A stretch of DNA of 64,000 nt from an uncultured delta proteobacterium (GTDB taxonomy: Bacteria; Desulfobacterota; Desulfobacteria; Desulfobacterales; QNYZ01), in the NCBI GenBank assembly GCA_963845145.1, contig CAWJQU010000002.1, positions 1 through 64,000 on the forward strand, given 5' to 3'. Positions within the stretch are counted from its first letter, which is position 1. Every line of letters begins with the position of its first letter. The translations under genes were made by a program, and so were the position numbers. A model generated the notes under the pieces. It was given only the letters and a program-made list of their open reading frames with translations. It was not told where the DNA came from and made no database searches. Positions 11,412 to 20,327 of the stretch are shown here, piece by piece.

Positions 11412-12437
11412 GTGAAACGACGTCTGTCCATCATAATAAAGGCCATTATCGCCATTTTGTGCATCGCCGCCGTTGCCGCCGCGCTTCTTGCCGCCGATTT
11501 GAAATATTATGCACGAACCCCACTTAACACGACATCCGGCAATTCCGACCCTACCGTTTTCATTATTCGCCCCGGCGATGGTTTTCGTTCGATCACCCAT
11601 CGTCTCGTCAATCTCGGCGTTATTCAATCACCTTTTAAATTCCGTGTCATTTCCCGGGTCGGCAATTACGACAAACAGATCAAGGCCGGCGAATATCATT
11701 TGTCATCAAACCAATCGCCCCACGAGATTCTGAAGAAGTTTATTGCTGGTGACGTTATCCTTTATCGGCTAACCGTACCGGAAGGGTATAATCTGGTACA
11801 GATCGCGCAATTGGCGGCCACAGCGGGTCTGGTGGAAATGAAACAATTTCTAAATGTCGCTCACGACGCCCGATTTATAAGTTCATTGAATATAGACGTG
11901 CCTTCGCTGGAAGGATATTTATTCCCGGATACCTATCATTTTCCCCGTTCAGTAGATCCCCAAACGATTATCCGCACCATGGTTCGTCGGTTAAAGTCTG
12001 TGGTTACACCCCAGTTGCAGGAAGCGGCCCAACAAAAAGGATTTACCCTCCATGAAGTATTGACCTTGGCTTCGATTATCGAAAAAGAGACCGGAGCACC
12101 CCAGGAGCGCGCATTGATTTCGTCTGTTTTTCACAATCGATTAAAAAAAAAGATGCGGCTTGAAAGCGATCCCACCGTCATCTACGGGATTCCTGATTTC
12201 AATGGAAACCTTACTCGAAAACACCTCCGAACACCCGGGCCGTATAACACCTATCTAAATACCGGTTTACCGCCCGGCCCCATAGCCAGTCCCGGAGCCG
12301 AGGCCATCAAAGCCGTTCTGTATCCCGAAAAAACCCGGTTTCTTTTTTTTGTCTCCAAAAAAGATGGGACCCACCACTTCTCTACCCATTTTTCCGCACA
12401 TAAAAAAGCGGTTAGAAAATACCAGCTTAACCGGTAA
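11412..12437 (+). CDS. mltG: Endolytic transglycosylase MltG (YceG)
   Basis: N-terminal TM, LEGYLFPDTY, LASIIEKE, LESDPTVIYG, YNTY..GLPPGPI; start moved to GTG 11412. Confidence 0.95.
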   Translation: MKRRLSIIIKAIIAILCIAAVAAALLAADLKYYARTPLNTTSGNSDPTVFIIRPGDGFRSITHRLVNLGVIQSPFKFRVISRVGNYDKQIKAGEYHLSSNQSPHEILKKFIAGDVILYRLTVPEGYNLVQIAQLAATAGLVEMKQFLNVAHDARFISSLNIDVPSLEGYLFPDTYHFPRSVDPQTIIRTMVRRLKSVVTPQLQEAAQQKGFTLHEVLTLASIIEKETGAPQERALISSVFHNRLKKKMRLESDPTVIYGIPDFNGNLTRKHLRTPGPYNTYLNTGLPPGPIASPGAEAIKAVLYPEKTRFLFFVSKKDGTHHFSTHFSAHKKAVRKYQLNR

Positions 12438-12506
12438 GGCGGTTTTCCCAGCCTTTGGCTTTCCCGTAAACAAATCCGGGAAAAATTCCGCATCACTTCT
12501 GATTTA

Positions 12507-13076
12507 CTAACGGCTGTGTCTCTTTTTTCTCCGCGCCTTTTTTTTCAATTTCCGCTGGGCTTTGCGCGCTTTAAGTTTATCGCGAACCTCATCCTGGTAC
12601 CTTTGAACCAACCCAAAGGTGACATAATAAGCGACAACGGCCAGTGGAATCCCCACGACAATACCGCCGAGGGTCAAGGTCCACAATATGGCGGGTGTTT
12701 TAAGCACGAGCGCCAGGCTGGCTTTAAAGCTGAGTGTATGGGGCAGGTTCTCCGCCAGCTTCATGCCGGTGATATTAGACCCCACAAACCAGGTCACGCT
12801 GTAGACGATCGGGGCCGTCAATGGATTGCTGAGCCATACACCGATAGCCGCCGAAATTTTATTCCATTTGAATACAGCGGCTATGGGAACGGCAATGGCC
12901 GTATGAAACCCCATGAACGGCGACATGGCGACAAAAAACCCCAAAGCGAGCCCCAGGGCGATTTCACTCGGACGGCCGCGAATTTTTACAAAACGTTCGT
13001 AGGCCCGCACCAAGGTAAGGCTCGATCGTTGATTAACTGGTTTTTGATCTGGCATCGAATCGCAATGTAAGCCCAA
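12507..13076 (-). CDS. DUF2062-family membrane protein
   Basis: PSEIALGLALGFFV..P..GFHT, WLSNPLT motifs; basic tail. Confidence 0.8.
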   Translation of the reverse strand: MGLHCDSMPDQKPVNQRSSLTLVRAYERFVKIRGRPSEIALGLALGFFVAMSPFMGFHTAIAVPIAAVFKWNKISAAIGVWLSNPLTAPIVYSVTWFVGSNITGMKLAENLPHTLSFKASLALVLKTPAILWTLTLGGIVVGIPLAVVAYYVTFGLVQRYQDEVRDKLKARKAQRKLKKKARRKKRHSR

Positions 13077-13081
13077 TAGGT

Positions 13082-13999
13082 TTAGGATTTAACGGCATCA
13101 ATCTTATCGAGCAGGGCGACGATTCGATCATAGGCCCTCAAATCATTCAACCAGCGCTGGGGTATCGCTTGTATCCCGTGATAAGCCCCCAATATTGCCC
13201 CGGCCATTAAACCTCTGGCACCTGAATCGCCCCCCGCCATCAGATTTTCCACCAATGCCGTTTCAAGATCCTCCTGATATTTCACCACCAGATGAATGGT
13301 AGCGGGAACGGCCGCAGGGATTTCGCACATCTGGCCGAGATCCTTGATGACGGAACGCGAATCGATCGCTTCGGTTTCGAATCCCTGGGTGACCCATTCG
13401 TTAAAGGGAGCGCGGTTAAAATGTTTATCCACCACGTTTTTAAATGCCGCCTTCGGCGTTTCCCCCTGCAATACCGATAGAACCGTTCGCGCAAAAAACT
13501 CGGCCGTATCAACCGCGTCCGGGCCATTGTGGGTCATCTTCGTCTGCGCACGAACCGCATCAATCAAAACCTCGGAATCCTCCCTGTAACGATAAATAAG
13601 GGAAATCATGCGCGCCGGCCCCCCCAGGTCGTCGGATTCGGAGCCACCGGTGTCGGCGGCTTTACCGGCCTTGAAATGTTCCTGCGTGGCCTTTGTGGCA
13701 CCATCCATATACCCGTCATAGGTTTTAAAATAATTTTGCCAGTCGGCGGCAAACCGATCCAAATCAAAGGCGTTGGCGGCAGCGACGGATTCCAGCAGCA
13801 GTAAGGTTTGATCGCCGTAATGGGTGAAGGCGCCCGCGGGTTTTCCGCGATGAAAAGACGCTAATTTGGGAGGCAACATTTCGGTTACCCGGCCATATTT
13901 TTTATCAATGACATTGGTGTTGTAAACCCAGTGGACACCCAGGGCCAAAGCGTCCCCGATAAAGGCAGCCAGCACCATTCCCTTGGCTTTATCATTCAT
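13082..13999 (-). CDS. ADP-ribosylglycohydrolase family protein (crystallin J1/SelJ-like branch)
   Basis: GDALALGVHWVY, THYGDQ, TH, AGGDSGARG..GAILGA..G..AIPQRW. Start set at MNDKAKG with RBS; the longer ORF only reads through a tandem repeat. Confidence 0.85.
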   Translation of the reverse strand: MNDKAKGMVLAAFIGDALALGVHWVYNTNVIDKKYGRVTEMLPPKLASFHRGKPAGAFTHYGDQTLLLLESVAAANAFDLDRFAADWQNYFKTYDGYMDGATKATQEHFKAGKAADTGGSESDDLGGPARMISLIYRYREDSEVLIDAVRAQTKMTHNGPDAVDTAEFFARTVLSVLQGETPKAAFKNVVDKHFNRAPFNEWVTQGFETEAIDSRSVIKDLGQMCEIPAAVPATIHLVVKYQEDLETALVENLMAGGDSGARGLMAGAILGAYHGIQAIPQRWLNDLRAYDRIVALLDKIDAVKS

Positions 14000-14034
14000 G
14001 ACATCTCCCTTTTTTATGATTGACCGATCCAACT

Positions 14035-14154
14035 CTGATCCGATCCTGGTCTGATCCAATCCTGGTCTGATCCAGTCCTGGTCTGATCCAGTCCTGGTCT
14101 GATCCAGTCCTGGTTTGATCTCATCCTGGTCTGATCTGATCAGGTCCGATCCTG
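14035..14154. repeat. 16-bp tandem repeat (tcctggtctgatccag), ~6 copies with degenerate flanks
   Basis: Directly visible upstream of the ADP-ribosylglycohydrolase start. Confidence 0.9.
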
Positions 14155-14265
14155 ATTTTTCAGATGTTGACGCTCTTGTTTTCAATACCATTTTTCAAAA
14201 AACATCAATCGGTTGTAACATAACAACCCGGGTCCATGTTTTAAACTTTTATTTTTTCCTTTTGT

Positions 14266-14991
14266 TTAATTCGATGTGGGATGGACCCAGCGATTGGATC
14301 TGCCATCATAAAACCACTTATCGGGAAACCCGCGCCGCCGGGTAAATACCGGACAATCGGCCCAGCTGATCAGCTCATTATAAGCCTCATGGAGTCGATG
14401 AAAAGATGCGGCGTTACCGCCGCGATCGGGATGGGTACGCATGGCTTGTTTTCGAAACGCCGATTTGATGATGTTCAAGGCATCCGGTGATGTCAGGTCT
14501 TCCCGGGTGAGATCCAGACGAACCAAAAAATTCTGTTTCAAAGCCGGTTTTTTGAGTTCCCAGGGCGTCACCGAATCCGTCACATCACCCTTTAAGGTAG
14601 CATTGTCAAGAATGCGGCGGGTCGCCAAATAGCGCCGCTGGGTCCGGCCCTGTTCTTTCCACCAATCGCGCCCCATTCGATTGGCCATGTGAATAAAATC
14701 GTCCACCGGTTTTCCTTTTTCAGACCGAGAATGCATATAGCTGAATATCCGATCCGAATCGAATACCAGCACATCTAAAACGATCAGCGTTTCGGTAAAA
14801 TAAAAGGTGGCGTAATGCGTATTGAGCGCTCTTAACAATCCGGTTCGACGATTCAGCTGAAGGTACAGTCGCTGACGACATTGAACGGAGCAATATTTTC
14901 GGCCATTCAGGTTCTCCACAATACCGCAGGAGAGGCACCGTCTGGTTTTATTTTTATTTTTTATCAAACGCTTGAGACGATTCGTATTCAT
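14266..14991 (-). CDS. Protein with N-terminal Cys4 motif and C-terminal J-domain
   Basis: CLSC...YCSVQC near the N-terminus; IKSAFRKQAMRTHPDRGG...LHEAY with intact HPD. Confidence 0.8.
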   Translation of the reverse strand: MNTNRLKRLIKNKNKTRRCLSCGIVENLNGRKYCSVQCRQRLYLQLNRRTGLLRALNTHYATFYFTETLIVLDVLVFDSDRIFSYMHSRSEKGKPVDDFIHMANRMGRDWWKEQGRTQRRYLATRRILDNATLKGDVTDSVTPWELKKPALKQNFLVRLDLTREDLTSPDALNIIKSAFRKQAMRTHPDRGGNAASFHRLHEAYNELISWADCPVFTRRRGFPDKWFYDGRSNRWVHPTSN

Positions 14992-15123
14992 AGGGCGCGA
15001 CCATATCAAAATTTAAAGGGTGTCTAAAGGATATTCTTTAAAAAAGCCGGTGGAATTAGGTACCGGAGGGGTAACCGGTCTGAGTCGGCAACCATTAGAT
15101 CTGAACCGATTCCGGCTGAGCTC

Positions 15124-15152
15124 TTGACAAAAACCCGCTCGTTTCATATAAA
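15124..15152 (+). promoter_or_regulatory. Putative sigma70 promoter of the ABC operon
   Basis: TTGACA-17 bp-TATAAA. Confidence 0.6.
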
Positions 15153-15246
15153 AACCGGCCGAATTCAAATCGGGTACTGCAAAAATGACCCGTAGCCAAT
15201 AATTATATACCTGGCAATAAATTTAAATAGTTACAAAGGATTGCTC

Positions 15247-16183
15247 ATGATCCATGCCAAACGATTGACCAAATATTACCAGGACTTTTGTGCCGTAGAC
15301 AAAATCAGTTTCGACATTCGTCGAGGGGAAATTCTACGGGCTGTTAGGTCCCAATGGCGCCGGTAAAACGACCACATTACGAATGTTGACCGGTTATCTC
15401 GAGCCGACTGATGGCAGCATAAAGATCAAGGCGCTCGATATTGACGAACAACCGCTTGAGATAAAAAAATTGATAGGTTACCTGCCGGAGTCGGCTCCGT
15501 TGTACCACGAAATGATCGTCTATGACTATCTGAACTTTGTGGCCGACATTCGCGAAATTAACTCAAATAAAAAACAGACCCGGATCCGTGAATTAGCCGA
15601 TCTATGCGGATTAAACGAGGTTATGCATCGCTCCATCGGTGTGTTGTCAAAGGGATACCGCCAACGGGTGGGCCTGGCACATGCCATGATGGGTGATCCC
15701 GAAATTTTAATTTTGGATGAACCCACCTCGGGACTCGACCCGAACCAAATTGCCGAAATCAGGGATATCATTCGGCAAATCGGGCAGGAGAAAACCGTGG
15801 TTTTGTCGACCCATATTCTAAGTGAGGCCGAAGCCACCTGCGACCGGATCATGATCATTCATCAGGGCCGCATCGTTGCCGACGGTGCCGCCGCCGAACT
15901 GCGCCATGCCGCCGGTGGTAAACGACGGATTCGTATCGGATTGCATGGTACTAATTTTAGCGCCATTAAAAAAGCGCTCGACCCCGTCGATGGCGTTCAG
16001 ACCATTGAACAGATCAGCGAAACCCCTCAGCGCGTGACTGTCGATCTGGTTTACGGAGAGGGGCCCGATATCCGTGGCCGGCTATATCAGTGCATTAAAG
16101 CCACGGACTGGGATCTGTTCGAATTCTCCCAGCAAACCGAATCCCTCGAGACAATCTTCCGCGAACTAACCAAGGAGCATTAA
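15247..16183 (+). CDS. ABC transporter ATP-binding protein (GldA-like); one frameshift at ~15337
   Basis: ATG 15247 with AAGGA RBS; Walker A GPNGAGKTT follows a one-base insertion; LSKGYRQRV, ILILDEPT, STH. Confidence 0.88.
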
Positions 16184-16184
16184 C

Positions 16185-16889
16185 ATGCGTCGGTTTATCC
16201 ATGTATTTAAAAAGGAGTTCAAGGCGTATTTTGTATCTCCCATCGCCTATATCGTTATAGCCATATTTCTTCTGATCACCGGATGGTTCTTTTTTACCAC
16301 ATTTTTTCTCTTCGGCCAGGCCAGCCTGCGGAATTATTTTAACCTTCTGCCTTTCATCTTCTCATTTGTGGTACCCGCTGTAACCATGCGTCTTTTTGCC
16401 GAAGAGCGCCACGTCGGCTCTTACGAAACCCTATTGACCATGCCGCTGAACCATATCGATGTCATTATGGGTAAATTTCTGGCGGCCGTCGGTTTTGTCA
16501 CCGCCATGCTGGTTCCCACCCTGGCTTATCCGGTCTGCATCTCTTTTCTGGGTGACCTCGATTGGGGGCCCGTTATCGGTGGATACGCCGGAGCCATCCT
16601 GCTCGGCGCCGCATTCTCCGGGATCGGCCTTTTCGCCTCGGCACTGACACGCAACCAAATTATTGCCTTTATCATCGGTATGGCTATCTGTTTTTGTCTC
16701 ACGCTGATCGATAAGATGCTGATTTTTCTGCCCACAACGACATTGGATGTTTTTCATTACCTGGGCGTGGGCACTCATTTTCAAAATATATCCAAAGGAA
16801 TCATTGATTCGCGTGATTTCCTCTATTTTTTCAGTCTTTGTTTTCTCGGCTTGTATGGTACCCGTATGGTGCTGCGGGAAAAAAATTAA
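16185..16889 (+). CDS. ABC-2 type permease (GldF-like)
   Basis: KEFKAYFVSPIAY, TMRLFAEER..GS.ETLLT.P, NQIIAF, GIIDSRD. Confidence 0.88.
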   Translation: MRRFIHVFKKEFKAYFVSPIAYIVIAIFLLITGWFFFTTFFLFGQASLRNYFNLLPFIFSFVVPAVTMRLFAEERHVGSYETLLTMPLNHIDVIMGKFLAAVGFVTAMLVPTLAYPVCISFLGDLDWGPVIGGYAGAILLGAAFSGIGLFASALTRNQIIAFIIGMAICFCLTLIDKMLIFLPTTTLDVFHYLGVGTHFQNISKGIIDSRDFLYFFSLCFLGLYGTRMVLREKN

Positions 16890-16903
16890 GGAGTCGATCC
16901 GAT

Positions 16904-19169
16904 ATGCGCACAGCCCCCAAAACCAGACAACCTAAAACCGGCAAATATATAAAACTGTTTTTGTATGTGGTCGCTGTGGTATTGATCAATATCGCCGGAT
17001 TGACCCTTTTCTTTCGGGTGGATCTTACGAAAAGCCGGCTATATTCATTATCCTCGGCAAGTAAAAAAGTCGTGTCCTCGCTGGCCGAACCGCTGACCAT
17101 AAAAGTCTTTTTCACAAAAGACCTTCCCGCGCCCCATAATAATACGGAACGGTATCTTCACGATCTTCTGGAAGAGTACGCGCTTTCGTCCAACCGGCAT
17201 TTTAACTACCACTTCTACAACGTGAATCCGGATGAAGGCAGCCTTAACGACAAAACCCAAAGCAACCAGGAACTGGCGCAAACTTACGGAATCAATCCGG
17301 TTCAAATTCAACGCGTGGAGGCGGATGAGGTCGGCTTTCAACGGGCGTACATGGGCCTGGTCCTGATCCATGGAGACATGGTGGAAAAGATTGAAGCCAT
17401 TACCTCAACCGATGGACTCGAATACAAGTTGACCACCGCAATTCAAAAATTAAACAATAAAATCAGCGCCATGCTTAACCTTGAAACGCCGATCCGCGTC
17501 ACGCTTTACTACTCGTCCTCTCTGAATGCGGTGGCCCCGTTAATGCAGCTGGCAGACTTGAAGCAGGCCCCTGAAAAGATCGAAGCCATTGTCAACCGGC
17601 TCAGTAAGAAAAATTATGACAAATTGACTTTTGCACACCTCGACCCGGACAAAGACCCTGCGCTTTACGAGGAGGTGGAAAAACATCACCTACTGGCCTT
17701 AAAGTGGCCGGCGATCCCCAAACAGCAACTCGATGCCGGCAAGGGCGCTATTGGTATGGTTGTCGCTCATGGCGCGCAGGCTGTCTCCGTGCCGATTCTA
17801 CAAGTAATGAATATCCCTCTCATCGGCACCCATTACGAAATGATCGACCTCAACAATATGGAAGAGATCCTCGACAACGCCCTTGAAAAGGTAGTCCATA
17901 TCAACGAGGATTTGGGGTATCTATCCGATCACGGAACCCTGGGCATGAGCGCACCATCGCCAACGATGCCTCAGGGGCAGAGTAATATCAATACCTTCAG
18001 GGGTCTGGCCGGCCAGACCTATAGCGTCCGGGATATCAATCTTGAAAAAGAGAGAATCCCCAACAGCATCAATGCGCTGGTTATTGCCCGGCCGACAAAG
18101 GCATTCACCGATTATGAACTCTTCCAGATCGACCAATTTCTCATGCGCGGCAACAATCTCATCCTATTCCCGGACCACTTTCAGGAAGTCATGCCCGGGG
18201 GGCAACAGCAAATGATGATGGGTGGCCAGCCGGTCCATGTCCCCATCGACACCGGGCTTGAAAAATTGCTTTCCCACTGGGGTGTCACCGTCAATGAATC
18301 GTATGCGTTGGATGAAGAATGTTTTAAACAACAGGCTCCCAGACAAATGGGAGGTGGCCAGCAGGCAATTTATTTCGCACCCTTGATACAGAACCGGAAT
18401 ATAAACAAAACCATTGATTTCCTAAACAACATCAAAGGCATGGTTGTACTCAAGGCATCGCCGATCCATATTGATGAAGCACGGGTGGACAAAATAGAAG
18501 TCAAGGCCCACCGTTTGGTTTCTTCATCGGATAAGTCGTGGGAGATGAAAACCCCTATTAATCTAAACCCCATGATGATGTCACCTCCTCCGGAGAATGA
18601 GGAGCGAGATCAGCTTCATTTGGCATATTTACTGGAAGGACGATTTCCGAGTTATTTCGAGGGTAAATCGATTCCGGTCAAAACAATAAAGGAAGATGAT
18701 AATCAGGAAAACCCGGCCCATCCGGCAAACACAGCCCAACCGGGGAAGAAACCTTAACGGAAAAAGGGCCGCAAGCCCAAAAGGAAACCCCGGCTAAAAA
18801 AAGCGAACTGGCCGAGGTGGAAAGCGATCCGGCGCATTCATCGCCCAGGGCCAGCCTGCCAGGGTATTTGTTATGGCGGCATCCGATATGATCAGCGACA
18901 CCGTCCTCGATCCTGAAGGCCGAAGCCCTAACGCCATGTTTATCATGAACATGATTGATGCATTAAACAATCGTGAAGATATCGCCGTTATGCGAAGTAA
19001 GAGCCAGCAACTCAACCCCATAAATGCGACCGGTGCCGGCGTGAAAACCGTGATTAAAAGTTTCAATATCATCGGTCTTCCCATCATCGTTGTCATTTTT
19101 GGATTGTTGGTGTGGATGCGGCGGCAAGCTCGAAAAAAACAAATCCAAATGATTTTTCAAACGAAATGA
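16904..19169 (+). CDS. GldG-like ABC auxiliary protein; frameshifted around 18750-18830
   Basis: RVDLTKSRLYSLS, LEYKLTTAI, DQFLMRGNN; the 18873-19169 ORF supplies NMIDALN...MRSK and the C-terminal TM. Confidence 0.82.
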
Positions 19170-19176
19170 GGCCAAA

Positions 19177-20175
19177 ATGAAAGGAAAAAAAGAGATTATC
19201 ATTTTAGCCGCCATTATTGTGGCGGTTGTGGCGTACCTGGTCTTGCGCCCAACCGATCGAACGACCTATTCATTACCCATGCTTTCTGAAATTACCAAAA
19301 ACGAGATTACCCGAATCGAAATGATTTCGGCTGAAAAATCGATTGTCGCCCACCGTGAAGGGGACAACTGGTTTGTGGGGCCAAAGGACTTTCCGGCAGA
19401 TGTTGAGAAGATCGACCAAATGCTCAATACGATTTCGAAATTGACCCTTACAGCCCTGGTATCCGAATCAAAAAATGACCAGCGTTACGACCTTAACCCT
19501 GAAAAACGAATTCAGGTGAAGGCTTCCAATGGTGATGGCGTATTACGCGAATTTAATGTGGGCAAGGTCGCCGATACTTTCCGGCATACTTTCGTAAAAA
19601 TGGCCGGCGATGACAAAGTTTTTCATGCCAAAGACAACTTTCGGGAACGATTTGAGGCCACCGTCGACCAGTTACGGAATAAGCAGGTTATGGCGTTTAA
19701 GGTGGATGAAATCAAATCGTTTAAAATAACCAAAGATAAAACGACAGCCGAGTTCAAGAAAAAAGAAGCGATAAAGGAAGTTAAGAAGGAAGACAATCCG
19801 GCCCAGGAAAATGCCAAAAAATCAGAAAAAAGCGATGTTGAATGGATAACGCAACAAGGTGAGAACGCGGACGCATCAAAAATCAACACATTTCTTCGCA
19901 CGCTGGCTGACCTTCAATGCAAGGCCTATCTTGATCCCTCTGGTGACGGCAGCCTTGAGAATCCGGTGGTGACCATCGCCCTTTTCGGTGACAAACCTTA
20001 TGAAATATCCATCTACACCGCCCTTGAGAAAAAGCAGGAAGAAGACGCCCTGTGGCCGGCAACATCATCCGAAAACAACTATCCGTTTATTCTTGCCGAG
20101 TGGAAAGCCAAGGATATCATGAAGGATCCCGCCGAACTCATGCCGGATCAACCGAAAACCGACAGTAAACCCTGA
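19177..20175 (+). CDS. DUF4340-domain protein
   Basis: N-terminal TM; LRNKQVMAF repeat-type motif; usual position after gldG-like genes. Confidence 0.75.
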   Translation: MKGKKEIIILAAIIVAVVAYLVLRPTDRTTYSLPMLSEITKNEITRIEMISAEKSIVAHREGDNWFVGPKDFPADVEKIDQMLNTISKLTLTALVSESKNDQRYDLNPEKRIQVKASNGDGVLREFNVGKVADTFRHTFVKMAGDDKVFHAKDNFRERFEATVDQLRNKQVMAFKVDEIKSFKITKDKTTAEFKKKEAIKEVKKEDNPAQENAKKSEKSDVEWITQQGENADASKINTFLRTLADLQCKAYLDPSGDGSLENPVVTIALFGDKPYEISIYTALEKKQEEDALWPATSSENNYPFILAEWKAKDIMKDPAELMPDQPKTDSKP

Positions 20176-20327
20176 TGGCGTCGTAAAAAGTCTCATCTAC
20201 GGCGTTGTTGTCGTTTTCCAGACTCTCAACATACTACATGTATAGTTTCGATCCTGTAAAACCACAACGCCTTGCCATGCGGGCGCCTCAACACCTAAAA
20301 CTGTGAACTTATTTTTACGCGAACCCT
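20174..20327. mobile_element. MITE-like intergenic element, apparently chimeric
   Basis: 20267-20327 is the reverse complement of 26038-26098 at 58/61 bases; internal inverted repeat GGCGTTGT...ACAACGCC; left half does not match the second copy. Confidence 0.65.

Noticed and set aside
14035..14154. Possible CRISPR array (also 735-825 and 39761-39808)
   Set aside because: Units are 13-16 bp and contiguous, with no unique spacers and no cas genes.
14000..14191. N-terminal repeat extension of the ADP-ribosylglycohydrolase
   Set aside because: It is only the translation of a non-triplet 16-bp repeat; a good RBS precedes ATG 13999.
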